A stretch of 63,970 nt of DNA, the filler included, from Reclinomonas americana ATCC 50394 (Eukaryota), in NCBI GenBank assembly GCA_048213135.1. It is 15 parts of 15 records of this genome, joined end to end, with 100 filler letters (N's around TTAATTAATTAA, not from the genome) between each part and the next. Parts side by side here need not be neighbours in the genome. Positions count along the whole stretch, not along the records: positions 36,425 to 39,578 come from AFZH01023405.1; positions 39,679 to 41,817 come from AFZH01023406.1; positions 41,918 to 47,876 come from AFZH01023408.1; positions 47,977 to 49,340 come from AFZH01023409.1; positions 49,441 to 50,813 come from AFZH01023410.1; positions 50,914 to 53,548 come from AFZH01023411.1; 9 more parts are not named here. One strand, written 5' to 3'. The notes under the pieces are model-generated. The model saw only the letters and a program-made list of their open reading frames with translations. It was not told where the DNA came from and made no database searches. This document shows, in pieces, positions 37,160-50,969 of this stretch (within the stretch, counting starts at the first letter, position 1; every line of letters starts with the position of its first letter). The translations under genes were made by a program, and so were the position numbers.

Positions 37160-37880
37160 AAGAGCGCTCAGCTGACACAGAAGAGAACGAAACGAGGTGA
37201 AGAAGAAAGAGAGTGGAGGAGGCGTGAAGGATGCAAGTGAAAAGAGATCAGGAAAGAGAAAGGGACCGAAAAAAGGGAAGTCCTTGAAGCACAGAGAGGT
37301 GAGGAGAAGGAGAGTGAGAGAGGATGGAGGCGTGAAGGATGCAAGTGAATAGAGATCACGAAAGGAGAAAGGGACCGAAAAGGGAAGTCCTTGAAGCACA
37401 TAGAGGTGAAGGAGAAGCAGAGTGACAAGAGACGTGAAGGATGCAAGTGAAAAGAGATCAGGAAAAGCAACAAGGGCGGCTCACGGGAAGGGGACAATGG
37501 AGAGGAGAGAGGCCAAAAAAGGAAGGCAATAGAAGACACAAGAAAGAGCGAAACGAGACGAGACGAGGTGAAGGAGAAAGAGAGTGGATGAGGCGTGAAG
37601 AATGCAAGTGAACAGAGACCAAGGAAGGAGAAAGGGACCGAAAAAAGGGAAGTCCTTGAAGCACAGAGAGGTGAGGAGAAGGAGAGTGGACAGAGTCGTG
37701 AAGGATGCAAGTGAAAAGAGATCAACGAAAAGCAACAAGGGCGGCTCACGGGAAGTGGAAAATGGAGAGGAGAGAGGCCAAGAAAGGAAGGCAATAGAAG
37801 ACACAAGGAAGAGCGAAACGAGACGAGACGAGGTGAGGAAAAGGAGAGTGGGAGGAGTCGTGAAGGGCGCAAGTAAATGT
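37160..37880. repeat. Degenerate purine-rich tandem repeat
   Basis: Recurrent cgtgaaggatgcaagtgaa and gggaagtccttgaagcac. Confidence 0.8.
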
Positions 37881-39480
37881 GACAAACGCGAGTGGATGAT
37901 GGAGGTGAGGAAGAACGAGAGACAAAAGAAACGTGAATCGCTCACCTGCTCAGTATGCGAGACACAAGAACACAGTCGGCGTAGCGTGTAGTCGCTCCGC
38001 GTCATGGGTGCCGCACAAGGCGGGCAAGGAGAGATCTGAATGCGATGCTGGAGCGCGCCATTGCGAGGCACATGCACACATCTCGTCGCCACGGCGCTCC
38101 GTCTCGCACAACACAACTGACAGATGGTGCATGGCTGGCCTCACTCCCCTGCGACATGTGAGCGCATGTGTGAGCAAAGAAAAAAGCAGAGCAGCCGGCA
38201 CTCGTGTTGCACCACCACAAGCACACACCGATCGACAGAAAATGTGTGAGGGCATTGGAGCAGTCAAGGAACACATCGGCAAGTGACGGGATGCCGCCCA
38301 GCCGCACCTGCTGCAGTAGAGCATGTGGACCAGGCGAGTCGAAATGCGTCCCACATCTGTCGCAGAAGTGGCATCATGCGTGTCAGTGCATGACCATGCT
38401 GGTCGCTCCACCCAACATCAAATCGCACACAATCCTCCTCTCTCTCTCCACTCCTCTCACCGCTCCCGTCAACTCACCCCGCACGTGCGTATCGTCGCGA
38501 GCCACCAGCATCACCAGTTGCTGTGGAGGAGTGCGTGACGGTCGATCAACGCAGAGCCACCAACAGGAAGAACAAGATGCGCCACATTGCGAATCCGGCG
38601 GTGGCCGACGACTGGCTCACACGAGCTCCCATCGATATCACGCCGGCTGACAAGGGACGGTCGAATGGCACCGCTCGCACACAGAATCATCGCCTGCAGG
38701 CGGAGAGCGCGATAAAGTGAGTGTGGGCGCAGAATTGGGCGAAGAAGGAGGGCGTAGAGAGTGAATTGGTGAATCTGAAGCGAGAGGGAGAGGTGGGTGG
38801 AGGAGACAGAAGAAGGCAACGGTGGCATGGCGGACACGGGGGAGAGGGGGGAGAGGGGTGCAGAGACAGGCAGAGTACAGGCAAGAGGAGGATGAAGACG
38901 GAAGGGGAGAGGGAAGACGCGAAGGAAGAGAAAGCAGGAAGTAGAAGAGAAGGGAGAGGCGTGAAAAGGAAGGAAAGGGAAGATGCGAAGGAAGAGAAGA
39001 AAGCAGAAGGGGAAAAGAGGCAGAGACAACAACAGTGCAATGATTCAACGAGGGTAAAGACAGAAGAGAAAGAGAAGACGCGAAGGAAAAGAAAGCAGGA
39101 AGAGAAGGAAGAGGCAGAGACAACAACAGAGCGATGATTCAACGAGGGTGAAGACGGAAGGGAAAGGGAAGACGCGAAGGAAGAGAAGAAAGCAGAAAGG
39201 GGCGGAGGAGAAAGAGAGAATGAGGAGGAAGAGATAACAGTGCAATGATTCAACGAGGGTGGAGAGGAGAGAGAGAGGCGATTGCATGAACGCACAAATG
39301 CACGTCCATCTGTCACTCTGACCAGAGCCAAGGATGAGAAGGGGATTCGAAGGGCAGAAAGAGAGAGAGAGAGGCGGAAGAAGAGAACGCAGGAGGAGAA
39401 CGAGTGTGTGGGGATTTGATCAACAGACGCAAAGAGACTCATCCACGACGCATACACACGCGCACGGAGCGCGCGCGGGC

Positions 39481-39567
<87 letters not shown>

Positions 39568-39678
39568 GACGTACGGTANNNNNNNNNNNNNNNNNNNNNN
39601 NNNNNNNNNNNNNNNNNNNNNNTTAATTAATTAANNNNNNNNNNNNNNNNNNNNNNNNNNNNNNNNNNNNNNNNNNNN

Positions 39679-40185
39679 GAAGAAGGAACGATGCAACAGG
39701 GACAACTCACAGAGACGTCCGAGCCTTGCGATGCATGCACCGGCGATGGTGGAGACAGGGAGAGAGACAGCTCTCCATTTGAGCGGGATCACGGATCGTG
39801 CTGCTGAACAGACACAATGAATGAACGGGTGAGAAGCGGAGAGCGAGGGAGAGGGAGAAGGAACAATGCAACAGGGACAACTCACAGAGACGTCCGAACC
39901 TTGCGACGCATGCATCGGCGATGGTGGAGACAGGGAGAGAGAAAACTCTCCATTTGAGCAGGATCACGGATCGAGCTGCTGAACAGACACAATGAATGAA
40001 TGAGCTCGAGTGAGGAGAGCGAGGGAGGGGGAGAAAGAACAATGCAACAGGGACAACTCACAGAGACGTCCGAACCTTGCGATGCATGCATCGGCGATGG
40101 TGGAGACAGGAAGAGAGAGACAGCTCTCCATTTGAGCGGGATCACGGATCGAGCTGCTGAACAGACACAATGAATGAATGAGTGA
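39679..40185. repeat. ~175 bp tandem repeat x3
   Basis: atgcaacagggacaactcacagagacgtccga recurs at ~39691, ~39866 and ~40042. Confidence 0.9.
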
Positions 40186-42319
40186 GCGAGGCAGACGCGG
40201 TTGATTTCCCATCCACACCCCAAGGCCAAGGCGCTCATACGCACGTACCTCCAAAAGATGCCCATGTCGCCACATCCAGCAGGTCATCTTCTTTTCTCCT
40301 TCTCCTCCTCCTCCTCCTCAAGGAGAAGATAAAACGGCACAACAGCAATGACTGAGGGCCGCGCGCTAACGAAATTCGGTGGAGGCGAATTGGGATCAAT
40401 AATCGTCCAGCAGATGGAGGTGGAGGTGCGAGTCGCGCTCCATGAGTGTCTCTTGCATCATCAACGAGAGCGTCTGTGCGAGCAGGAAACCATGCTGATG
40501 AGTGAGAGCACGCAGCGTGAGAAGAGAGAGAAAAAAGAGAGAAACAGGACGATGGGCTGCTGCGGTGTGGAAGTTTCTCTTTTCTTCATCTCATCAACGG
40601 CCAGTCTTTCTCTCTCTCCCCACACCGACACCGCTTCTTGCGCCAAGTACACGAGGATTGATCTTCCTTCTGTGCTCTGCAAGCCAACGGCTCTAAATGG
40701 CAGCAACAGAAACCACACACACACACACGAAGACATTCACTCATTGCGCATCGGAAGAAAAGAAAACGGGACAAGCGGCGGACAGCACGGCCGTGAGAAC
40801 GAAGTGGGTGGAGAGAGAGAAGAGAGAAGAGAAAGAGAGTAGGGATGACGAATGAGGGAAGGAAGAGTGAATAAAGAAAGGATGGAGAGGAAGGGATGAA
40901 GAAGGAAAGGAGCTCAAGCGGGAAAGAGGCGAAGAAGGAAAGGATGCGTAATGGGGAGAGAAATGAGGGAGGGATGAAGAAGGACGGGAGTGGGAAGAAG
41001 AAGAGAGAGTGTGTGGGAGGAGAAGAACGAGAGAAAAAGGAAGGGATGCAGAAAGAAAGGAGCAGGGAAGAAAAAAGGAAAGGGGGTGGGAAGAGGAAGA
41101 AAAAGAGAAAGAGGCGAAGAAGGAAAGGATAAAGAGGGAAAGGAGCGCGCGAGGAAGAGGAAGAAAGCCGAAACGATAGACAGTGAAAGAAGGCAGGAAT
41201 ATGAATGGCGGTGATGTGCAACGATGGAGGAAAGGAGAGAGGCGCGCGGTAGGAGAGCAAGGGAGACAGATAGAAGAGAGAGAGAAAAAAGGAGGCGTGA
41301 GAGGGATGAAGTCGAGAAAGGAAAGGAAGGAGCGTGATCAGCAAACGGCCGATAATCACCGCCACACACGCACACATACGGTGAAGAGGTACATGGAGAA
41401 GGAATAGAGGGAGAGAAAGGAAGGCAGCGCGGGAGAAGAGACGCAAAGAGAGAGAGCGAGAGAGTGTGCAATGCAGACGGGGCGGCGGAATAACTGCATG
41501 AACACGCGGTGCACTGGCGAATCCATGCACGAAGACATTCAACAGATAAAGGGAAGGGAGGAGAAGAGGGCGAAGAGAGAGGAAGGGAGGAAGGGAGGGG
41601 AAGGGAGCGTGATTCGTGGCGGAAGAATTGTGCAATCACGCGGAGCACTGGCGAATACGTGCACACAGACACACAGCCGTGCTCTCACCAAGAGAGGATC
41701 CGGAGGAGGAGAAGAGGGAGAAGAGAGTCGAGAGAGAGGAAGGGAGGTGAATAGGGGGAGAGCGGGAGGAAGAACTGTGCCATCATGCGGAGCAATGGCG
41801 ACTCAATGCACGTTCAGNNNNNNNNNNNNNNNNNNNNNNNNNNNNNNNNNNNNNNNNNNNNTTAATTAATTAANNNNNNNNNNNNNNNNNNNNNNNNNNN
41901 NNNNNNNNNNNNNNNNNTCTCAGTCTCACTTCCTCGCGCGCACACACACACACACACACACACAACTCACACACTGCACTCACTCACACACTCACACACA
42001 TTACACAATTTCCTTCTCTTTCCAATCTCTTGTCTCTCCATCACACACTTGTCTTCTCCCTTACCCTGCACTGCACTCTCCCTGCACTCACTCATACTCT
42101 CTTTAACTCTCCACCTTGTGTAAACACGCATCTTGACCTCCTTTCCTTTTCCTCACTCTCTCTCTCTCTGTGTCACACACTCAACTCTCCACCACATCAT
42201 GCGCGGCATACTCTCGCACACACGCTGCCTCGTCGCCCATCGCGCTCTCTCTCACACAAAACGAAGTGTCGTCGATTTTGACAGGTTTTGGCGGGTTTTC
42301 TTGTTTACATAAGGCGTTA

Positions 42320-45300
42320 TCATTCTTCGTCAATCATGACTGTGTAGGAGACGGGAGCGGCGGCGGGTGCGGATAGCGCGGAGGTGCTGGTGGCTCCGCT
42401 GGGTGGTGAGGTGGTGGTGGTGACGGAGGAGGCGGAGATTGCGCGGTCGCGGAGGTATCTCCTGTAAATGTAAGGAAGAACATGGGTGTGAGTTACATTA
42501 TCGTGAGGGTTTCTCTCCTCTCCCTCGTCATCCCCAAAGAGAGAAGGAAAGCAGAGGACAGAGGAAGGAGAAGAGAAGCGAAGTGAAGGAAGTCAAGCAA
42601 GCTGACTCGAAGACAAGGAAGCGAAGGGAAGCGAAGTGAAGCGAAGTGAAGCGAAGCAAAGACACGCAAAGAGAAGCAGAGAGAAGCAAAGAGAAGCGAA
42701 GAGCAGAGATGAGAGAGATGAGAACAGAACACAACGAGCTCCCATCGATCCTTTGCACACGGAACTCTTACCCCTCGCCTATTTCATTTTTCCCTCTCCA
42801 TTGTTCTCCTACATCTTGATCTCCTAAATCTTGCCTTCTTCAGCCTTTAGAGAAGAGAAGGGAAAAGAAAATAAGAGGAAAAGAGATGAATATCAGGGAT
42901 GACAAGTAAAGAGAAGACGAGAGGAGTGCTTCCATGCCCACTTCGGGCAGAGGAGAGAAGAGAATAGAAAAAAGACGAGAGTATCCCTTGCCCTTTTCTC
43001 TTGCCAACCACTGCCTTGTCATCCCTTCCCTTAAGAGAGAAGAGAAATGGAGATGAGAAGAGAACGAAAGACGAGAGTCTCCCTTTTCCTTTTTCCCTTG
43101 CCATCAACTTCACTTGCCCTCCTCTCCATCAGCAAACGAGAAGGGAAGAGGAGAGAAGACAAGAGAACAGAAGACGAGAATATCCCTTGTCCCTTTTCCC
43201 TTGCCATCCTCTGCCTTGTCATCCCCTCCCTGAAGAGAGAAAAGAAGTGGAGAGAGATGACGAGAATATCCCTTGCCCAATTCCGTTGTCCTCTTCTTCA
43301 TTAACAAAGAAAGAGAAAAGGAGAGAAGAGGAGAGAAGAGAAGGGGTGCAAAGAGACGAACAATGATGAACAGAGAAGAACAGAGAAGAAGAGAAGCATG
43401 AAACGAGGTGAGAGTGAGAAGAGAGGAGAAGTAAAGAGAAGAGATGAGGAGAACAGCGCATCCGCCCCCTCCCCTCTCACAAGGCGTTCTGTCATGCAAT
43501 CCCTTCCCCCTTTTCCCCTCCCCCCTTCCCCTTTTCCCCCTTCCCCCTTCCCCCTTTGCCCACTCACCTCCTCAGCACCACCACCACCGCAATAATCACA
43601 AACAACGCGGCAGCCAGACCCGTCCCAATCACCAAAATCATGCTCAACGACAAGTGCCGCGCCTCGGGGAAACCTGCCACCCACCACACACACACATAAG
43701 AAAATCCTCCCCATTTTTCTCCCGCCACCCTTTCCCCTTTCAACAAACCTCCTCCCGTAATCACACGCCGATTCTCACTGGGAATGCCAATCCCGAATCC
43801 GTTCTCGGCGCGCACATTGACAATGTACGACGTGCCGGGTTTGAGGCCAGCCACTTGATTGGAGAGCGACGACACGCGAACCGTCTTTGGCTCCGCGCCG
43901 CCCAGCTCCGGCATGTAGGTCACCCAGTAGGCGGTGATTTGCGAAAGCCCAATGTACGACGGCGGCGCCCAGGACACCGCAAAGGACTCGTCGCTGGTCT
44001 CCACCTCGTGCAACTGCATCGGTGCGGCGGGCTCGGCGGCTGTAATCAGGAAAGGGGTGAGAAAGGCGCATGCATAAATACGAGTGTGCGAATCCACGCA
44101 ACTCATGGTCCGCTGCAACGCCATGCGCTCACTGACGGGGCCGAGGCGACCGAGTGCATCACGCGGAATGACGCGCACCTCGTAGAACGTCTGCGGTCGC
44201 AAAAAGGCGAGCATTGTGCACGCGCACCCGGCGACCACCTTGACGTGCAGCTCACTGCCCTCCTCAAACGACTCCAGGCCAATCATGCGCTCCAACAGCG
44301 GGAAGTACACCACCTGCACGGAGAGTGAGGAATGGGAGAATGGGGGAAGAATAAGTGGTGTATGAACCAAGTAATCTGCGGCACCCGGCACAGGCTGCCA
44401 TTGGATCTCGAAAAAGTCACCTTGTGCGTGAGTGAGGACGAGGTCTTGTGGCTGCAACAATGCTGCAGAACAATTGAAAATGTGAGTGCCAGCGATGGGC
44501 AAGGGGAAGGCAAAACGCTCAACTCGAATCGGCCACCGGCGGGAACTGCACAAAGAGGAACTTGGACGGAATGCTCTCGCCCACCTCGGTGCGCCCCACA
44601 ACCCACAGGCGCGCAAAGCTGCCCGGAACCATGCGCTCTGCGTGAAAGAGAGAGTGAGGACGAACAACCACAAAAACCCCACCTTCCCTCAATCACAGTA
44701 CCGAGAGAGACCACTCGATCCGCCGCCGGCGTGACGCGCTCCTGAATCGGCATCATCATCGTGCCAGACACCACCTGGCCGCGCACCACAAAGTCCTTGA
44801 GCGGCGGCATGGCTGTCACTGCCGCGGCCGCCCACGTGAGCGTGGCGCCTTCGGAGTGCAAATCGCGCAGCGCGAGTTCCTCGGGCGGGCCGGGGAGCTG
44901 ACCGGTGCGCACAAGATTGTTGGCGCCATTGTCGACGGCTGCGTCATTGACAAATGTGGCGGCGCGGGTGGCCGTGCCCACGGTATTGATGGCGCGGACC
45001 TGCGGGGAGGGGGGAAGAGGGGAAGGGAGATGAGCAAGGAGAAGGAACGCAGTGACGTGCGGGGAGCAAAAGGAAACGCAGTGACGTGCGGGGAGCAAAA
45101 GGAAACGCAGTGACGTGCGGGGAGCAAAAGGAAACGCAGTGACGTGCGGCAAGCAGAGGGAACGTAGTGATGTGCGACAAGCAGAGGGAACGTAGTGACG
45201 TGCGACAAGCAGAGGGAACGTAGTGACGTGCGCGGAGTAGAAAGGAACGCAGTGACGTGCGACAAGCAGAAGGAACGCAGTGACGTGCGACAAGCAGAAG

Positions 45301-48001
45301 GAACGCAGTGACGTGCGACAAGCAGAACGAACGCAGTGACGTGCGACAAGCAGAAGGAACGCAGTGACGTGCGACAAGCAGAAGGAACCCAGTGACGTGC
45401 GCGGATCAGAAGGAAACGCAGTGACGTGCGACAAGCACAAGGAACGCAGTGACGTGCGGGGAGCAAAAGGAAACGCAGTGACGTGCGGGGAGCAGAAGGA
45501 AACGCAGTGACGTGCGGGGAGCAGAAGGAATCGCAGTGACGTGCGGGGAGCAGAAGGAATCGCAGTGACGTGCGGGGAGCAGAAGGAAACGCAGTGACGT
45601 GCGCGGAGCAGAAACGCAGTGACGTGCGCGGAGCAGAAACGCAGTGACGTGCGCGGAGCAGAAACGCAGTGACGTGCGCGGAGCAGAAACGCAGTGACGT
45701 GCGCGGAGCACAAGGAAACGCAGTGACGTGCGCGGAGCAAAAGGAACGCAGTGACGTGCGACAAGCAGAAGGAAACGCATGACGTGCGGAGCACAAGGAA
45801 ACGCAGTGACGTGCGCGGAGCAAAAGGAAACGCAGTGACGTGCGCGGAGCAAAAGGAAACGCAGTGACGTGCGGGGAACAGAAGGAAACGCAGTGACGTG
45901 CGGGGAGCAGGAAGGAACGCAGTGACGTGCGGGGAGCAGGAAGGAACGCAGTGACGTGCGGGGAGCAGGAAGGAACGCAGTGACGTGCGGGGAGCACAAG
46001 GAACGCAGTGACGTGCGGGGAGCACAAGGAACGCAGTGACGTGCGGGGAGCACAAGGAACGCAGTGACGTGCGGGGAGCAAAAGGAACGCAGTGACGTGC
46101 GGGGAGCAAAAGGAACGCAGTGACGTGCGGGGAGCAAAAGGAACTCACTTCCTCTCCACTCTTCCTTCCAATGCTTCCTCTCCACTCTCCAATCCAACCA
46201 TCCTCTCCATTTCTCTCCCTCGTTCTCCCACTTCGCGTTCCCCATCCTCTCCTTCCCCAATTCTCCCTTTCCCCACTTACATCCACATGATACAACACCC
46301 CCGGCGTGAGGTCTTCGATGGTCGCCGACAACGTGGACACCCGAGTCGACGCAATGTGCGTCGGTCGCGGATCCTCCGATGCCAGCCACCAGCGCACTTC
46401 GTACGAAGTCGGCAGACCAAATCCGCCAGTCTCTTGCGGAGGTTTCCATCTGGTGACGCTCATCCTGTCAGCACAATGGCAAACAACTGGAGAATAAAGG
46501 AAGAGCGCACCGCAGTGTGATGGACGTCGGCGTCTTGGCAAACTCGTCCGACACGAGCCAGTCGATGAAACCGGGAACTGGAAAGGAGAACACGTCGATG
46601 AGCATCAAAACTGAATCAGCTCACGCAGCATCTCAATCAAAATTGGCGACCAAGCTCATTCTCTCGCTGAGCCTGTCTTGCGAAGCACATCGACATGGAC
46701 AAACCACCAACGATATCGTCTACGCTCATTCTCTCACTGATCCTTTCTTGCGAAGCACATCAACACGCTCAAACCCCCTCAGGTAGCTCTCTGACTGATT
46801 CTTCTTGCAACCCACATACACACGCACAAACTCTCTGAGATAGCTCTCTCAGAGATACTCTCTTGCGAAACATATTCACACACACGAACCCCAAGACGGC
46901 GGCCAAGCTCACTCCCTCCCTTGCAAACCACATATACACGGAGAAAGAAATCACCTTCACCAATATAGATCATCTTTCCCCATCTCTCGTACTCTTTCCC
47001 AGCGACGAAGGCTGACACAAACCCCCTCTCTTTCTCACTGTTTTGATGTCCATCGTATCCCCCTTTGCCTCGCCCTCCCACATATCCAAATCGTCGTCTT
47101 TCGCCTTCCTCCTTCTCGATTCTCACCCAGTATGTCTGCCTTTCCTCTCTCACTTTCTCTCTCTTTCTCTCTTTCTCTCTCTCCCTGTCTTCTTGTGTGT
47201 GGGTGCCTCTCAGCTTCTCTGTTATCTCAATCAGACAGGAGTCGAGCTTCTTAATTCTCCCCTCTCCCACTTCTATTGATTTAACTCTCCCATTCTATTT
47301 CTCTCAAGCTGTGCCCCATACAAACTTACAGTGATAACACTCCACCTCGTTCCACACCGTCTCAGTTGATCACCCCTTTCTCCCTGCTCCACCCTTCTGC
47401 TCCAACTCCGCCCTTCCCCCTTCTCACTTTCCTTTTCCTACCAGCAGCTCCTTCTCTCTCCCGTCCTTGTCCTCCATCCTCTCCCCCGTTGCCCCCTCCC
47501 TAATCCACCCTTCTAAACACTCTCCCGCTCCCACTTGGCCCTTTCCCTTCCCCTTCCCCTTCCCCCTCTCCCCCTTCCCCTTTACCCCCTTTCCCTCCCA
47601 TCCCTTTCCCTTTCCCCCCTTTCCCTTCTCCCCCCCTTTTTCTCACCTGTTGGGGTGGACGCCGTGTGGGTCAAAATTAGCGCACTGGCCGCCGTCCGCC
47701 CATACCCATTGGAGAACTCCAACAGAAAGCTGTACTCGGTGTCCGCCTGCAACCCGTTCACATTAATGGCCGAGGCGTAGGGCACCTGCGACCCGCGAAT
47801 CTCCGCCAGCGGCACCGTCGACAGCGGCACAATGGTCGGCGGTGTGGTGGTGCGATCCAGCACACCGTGACTCACGNNNNNNNNNNNNNNNNNNNNNNNN
47901 NNNNNNNNNNNNNNNNNNNNTTAATTAATTAANNNNNNNNNNNNNNNNNNNNNNNNNNNNNNNNNNNNNNNNNNNNCTCTCTCTCTCTCTCTACACACAC
48001 A

Positions 48002-48053
<52 letters not shown>

Positions 48054-48529
48054 CTTCTCCTTCTCTCCCCCTTGCATTCTCTTTCTCTCTCTCTCTTCCT
48101 CCCTCCCTCAACTCTCTCAAATCTCTCTCTCTCTCACTTTCCTCACCCCACACCCTTCCCCTTTTATCCCCCTAGACTCACCTCCTCCACCACTCCATCC
48201 CTCACCGGCCAGCTCAACTGCGCCACCTCAGTGCCCACCGAAAACCTCACCTCCACCCTCACACCCCCATCACCGTCACACCATCCCGCGCGCACCACAT
48301 ACACCAACGCATCCGCCCTCCGATGCTCCACATTCCCACGAAACACCGGCAACGCCGCCTCCCACGCAACCTGCGCATGCACAGAGCCGCGCGACTGCCA
48401 CACATTGCGCAAACGCACACGCGGAGGCGCAGACGGAGTCCCATTCACAGTCGACTCCAGAAGCACACAAGAGCCGCATAATGATAATGATAACAAGAGG
48501 ATGGCGATGAGCAGCGCAAAACGCCGCAT
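42320..48529 (-). CDS. Multi-FN3 single-pass membrane protein (signal peptide, FN3 repeats, TM, short tail); crosses one gap
   Basis: MRRFALLIAILLLSL signal; FN3 motifs (VSWAPPS...GLKPGTSYIVNVRAENGFG; LTPGVLYHV; LQADTEYSF); TM ILVIGTGLAAALFVIIAVVVVLRR; last exon ...SYTVMIDEE*. Confidence 0.75.
45040..46143. repeat. Intronic minisatellite, ~22-26 bp unit (GGAACGCAGTGACGTGCGGGGAGCA), ~45 copies
   Basis: Direct reading; lies between FN3 exons. Confidence 0.95.
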
Positions 48530-48773
48530 TTGTGATGATTGTAGGTGTCGACTAAGTCGCGGTTTAGGCGACGACTTAGGCGCAGGAAAGTGAATGTGTG
48601 AGAGAGTGTGTGTGTCAAAGTGTGTGAAAGTGTGTGTAAGTGTGTGTGTTTGTGTGAGAGAGTGTGTGTGTGTGCGTTGTTGTGCTTGTGAAGGTGACTT
48701 TGACCAATGTGATTGTGAAATTTCATTTGTGTTTGTGTTTTTTTTTGTGTTTGGCTGAGTGAGCGCGGGCGAG

Positions 48774-50913
48774 ATGAAGAAGAAGGTTTGTTTGTTGTGG
48801 AGGTTGTTTGTGTGTGTGTGTTTTGTTTGTGTGTAAGAGTGTGTGTGCGTGAGATGGCATGTCTGTGTGCGCTTTGTCGGAGCATTTGTTGTGTGTGTTC
48901 TTGTGTGCGTTGTGTGTGTGCGTCTCTCTCGCTCTCTCTTCGCGTGCGAGTATGTGTTTCCTCCTCGTGTTTGTGTGCGTGATTTTGTGTGGCAATGTCG
49001 GTGACATGTTTTTCTCTTCGTGTTTTTCTAGGTTTTGTTGATGGGGCGGTCTGGGTCGGGCAAGACGTCGATGCGGTCGATTGTGTTTGCGAACTATGTG
49101 GGTGAGTGGGAGGAGAGAGAGTGTGTGTGTGAGTGTGTGCGGTGATTGATTGATATTTGTGATTCGGGCAGCGCGTGACACGATGCGTTTGGGAGCTACC
49201 AGTTGCGTATATTTCGTGGATGACAGGGAAAGGGAGAGTGAGAGGAGAGGGCGAGGGACGGGGGAGTGAGGGAGTGATTGTTAAGTTGAGAGAATGAGTT
49301 CCGATGCTCCGAGCGTGGCGGAATCGAGCGCAGCGAGTGGNNNNNNNNNNNNNNNNNNNNNNNNNNNNNNNNNNNNNNNNNNNNTTAATTAATTAANNNN
49401 NNNNNNNNNNNNNNNNNNNNNNNNNNNNNNNNNNNNNNNNGTGGAACAGCGAGCGACACAGCGAGTGGAACAGCGAGTGGAACAGCGAGCGACACAGCGA
49501 GTGGAACAGCGAGCGACACAGCGAGTGGAACAGCGAGCGACACAGCGAGTGGAACAGCGAGCGACACAGCAAGTGGCAGAGCGGGCACATTGCGAGTGGA
49601 GGAGAGCGAGCGCACTGCAAGTGGAGCAAGCGAGATCACAGCGAGTCGAGCAGAGCAGAGCGAGAGCAGTGAGGGGGGCTGTCAATCAATGCCATGTTGC
49701 ACTCTCGTCTCTCTTTTCTCACTTTTCCTCGCGTGCAGTCGACGTGGAGCACTCCAGCGTGCGCTTCCTCGGCAACCTCGTGTTGAATCTGTGGGATTGC
49801 GGCGGGTGCGTTAAAACCTCCTCTTCAATTTCTCCGTCATAGCCTCACGCTGCGACGACGCCACAGCCAAGACGCCTTCATGGAGAACTACCTGGAGAGC
49901 CAGCGCGACCACATCTTCAAGAACGTGGAGGTGCTGATCTACGTCTTTGACGTGGACACGAAGGAGGCTGCGGTGTGTTTGATGACGAGGAGAGAGTGGA
50001 ATGGACGTTTCACGTGTGTTCATTCTCTCTTTCTCTTCGTAGAGCGACATCCACTACTACCAGTCGTGCCTGGCCGCCATCATGCAGTACTCGCGCAACG
50101 CGCACGTCTTCTGCCTCATCCACAAGATGGATTTGGTGCCAGAGGATCGCCGTGATATCGTTGCGTGATTTTGGGCAAGCGAGCTTTCTTTCCGCGTCTA
50201 TGTAGGGCCGAATCGTATTTGCAGCACGATTGCAACATGCCACTGTCTCTTTGTGGTGTTATGCTTGACAGCGTATCCTTCCCTCGTCTATGTTGGGCCG
50301 AATCTTCTCTGTTTCTCTTTTTGGTATGCGTTGTGGCGAGCCCGTGTTGGCAGCACGATTGCACACTGTCTCTCCGCGATTTCATCCTTGACAGCGCTTT
50401 CTGCATGGCATTCTGTCTGCAACTTCAATCTATCTGCCTTTCCATGCTGGCCGTTTTGTGTCTTGTGTTCTCTCAGCAACGCATCGCTCTCATGTCGTGA
50501 GCCTATGTTAGTTAATTCACCTCAAGGCTCTCTTCTACCGTTTCGCCAAGTATTCTCATTCTTATTCTTGGCATCTACTCGTCCTCGTCCACAGCTCTTG
50601 TCTTCTGTCGCCTCCCGCTGCTTTCTCTTTCCTCTCGACCCTCGTCTCTCCCCCTCTCTCCTCTCACTGCCGTCTTCTCTACCTCTGTCTCCGCTTGTCA
50701 AACTTCTCATCTCATGCCTCTGTCACTCTCTCCGTGTGCCTTTTTCTCCATCTTTTCTCTCCCCCTATATCCCTTGCCTGTCCTCTCGTCCCTTGCTCTC
50801 TCTCTCTCTCTCTNNNNNNNNNNNNNNNNNNNNNNNNNNNNNNNNNNNNNNNNNNNNTTAATTAATTAANNNNNNNNNNNNNNNNNNNNNNNNNNNNNNN
50901 NNNNNNNNNNNNN

Positions 50914-50969
<56 letters not shown>

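Noticed and set aside
36780..43560. Many Leu/Ser/Phe-rich or Arg/Glu-rich ORFs
   Set aside because: Translations of polypurine/polypyrimidine low-complexity DNA.
45040..46143. CRISPR-like array of constant repeats with variable intervening bases
   Set aside because: Linkers are ~8-12 nt and near-identical rather than unique spacers; no cas genes; lies in a eukaryotic intron.
44283..46541. Long ORFs (752, 421, 347 aa) through the minisatellite
   Set aside because: Stop-free repeat translation; the FN3 exons splice around it.
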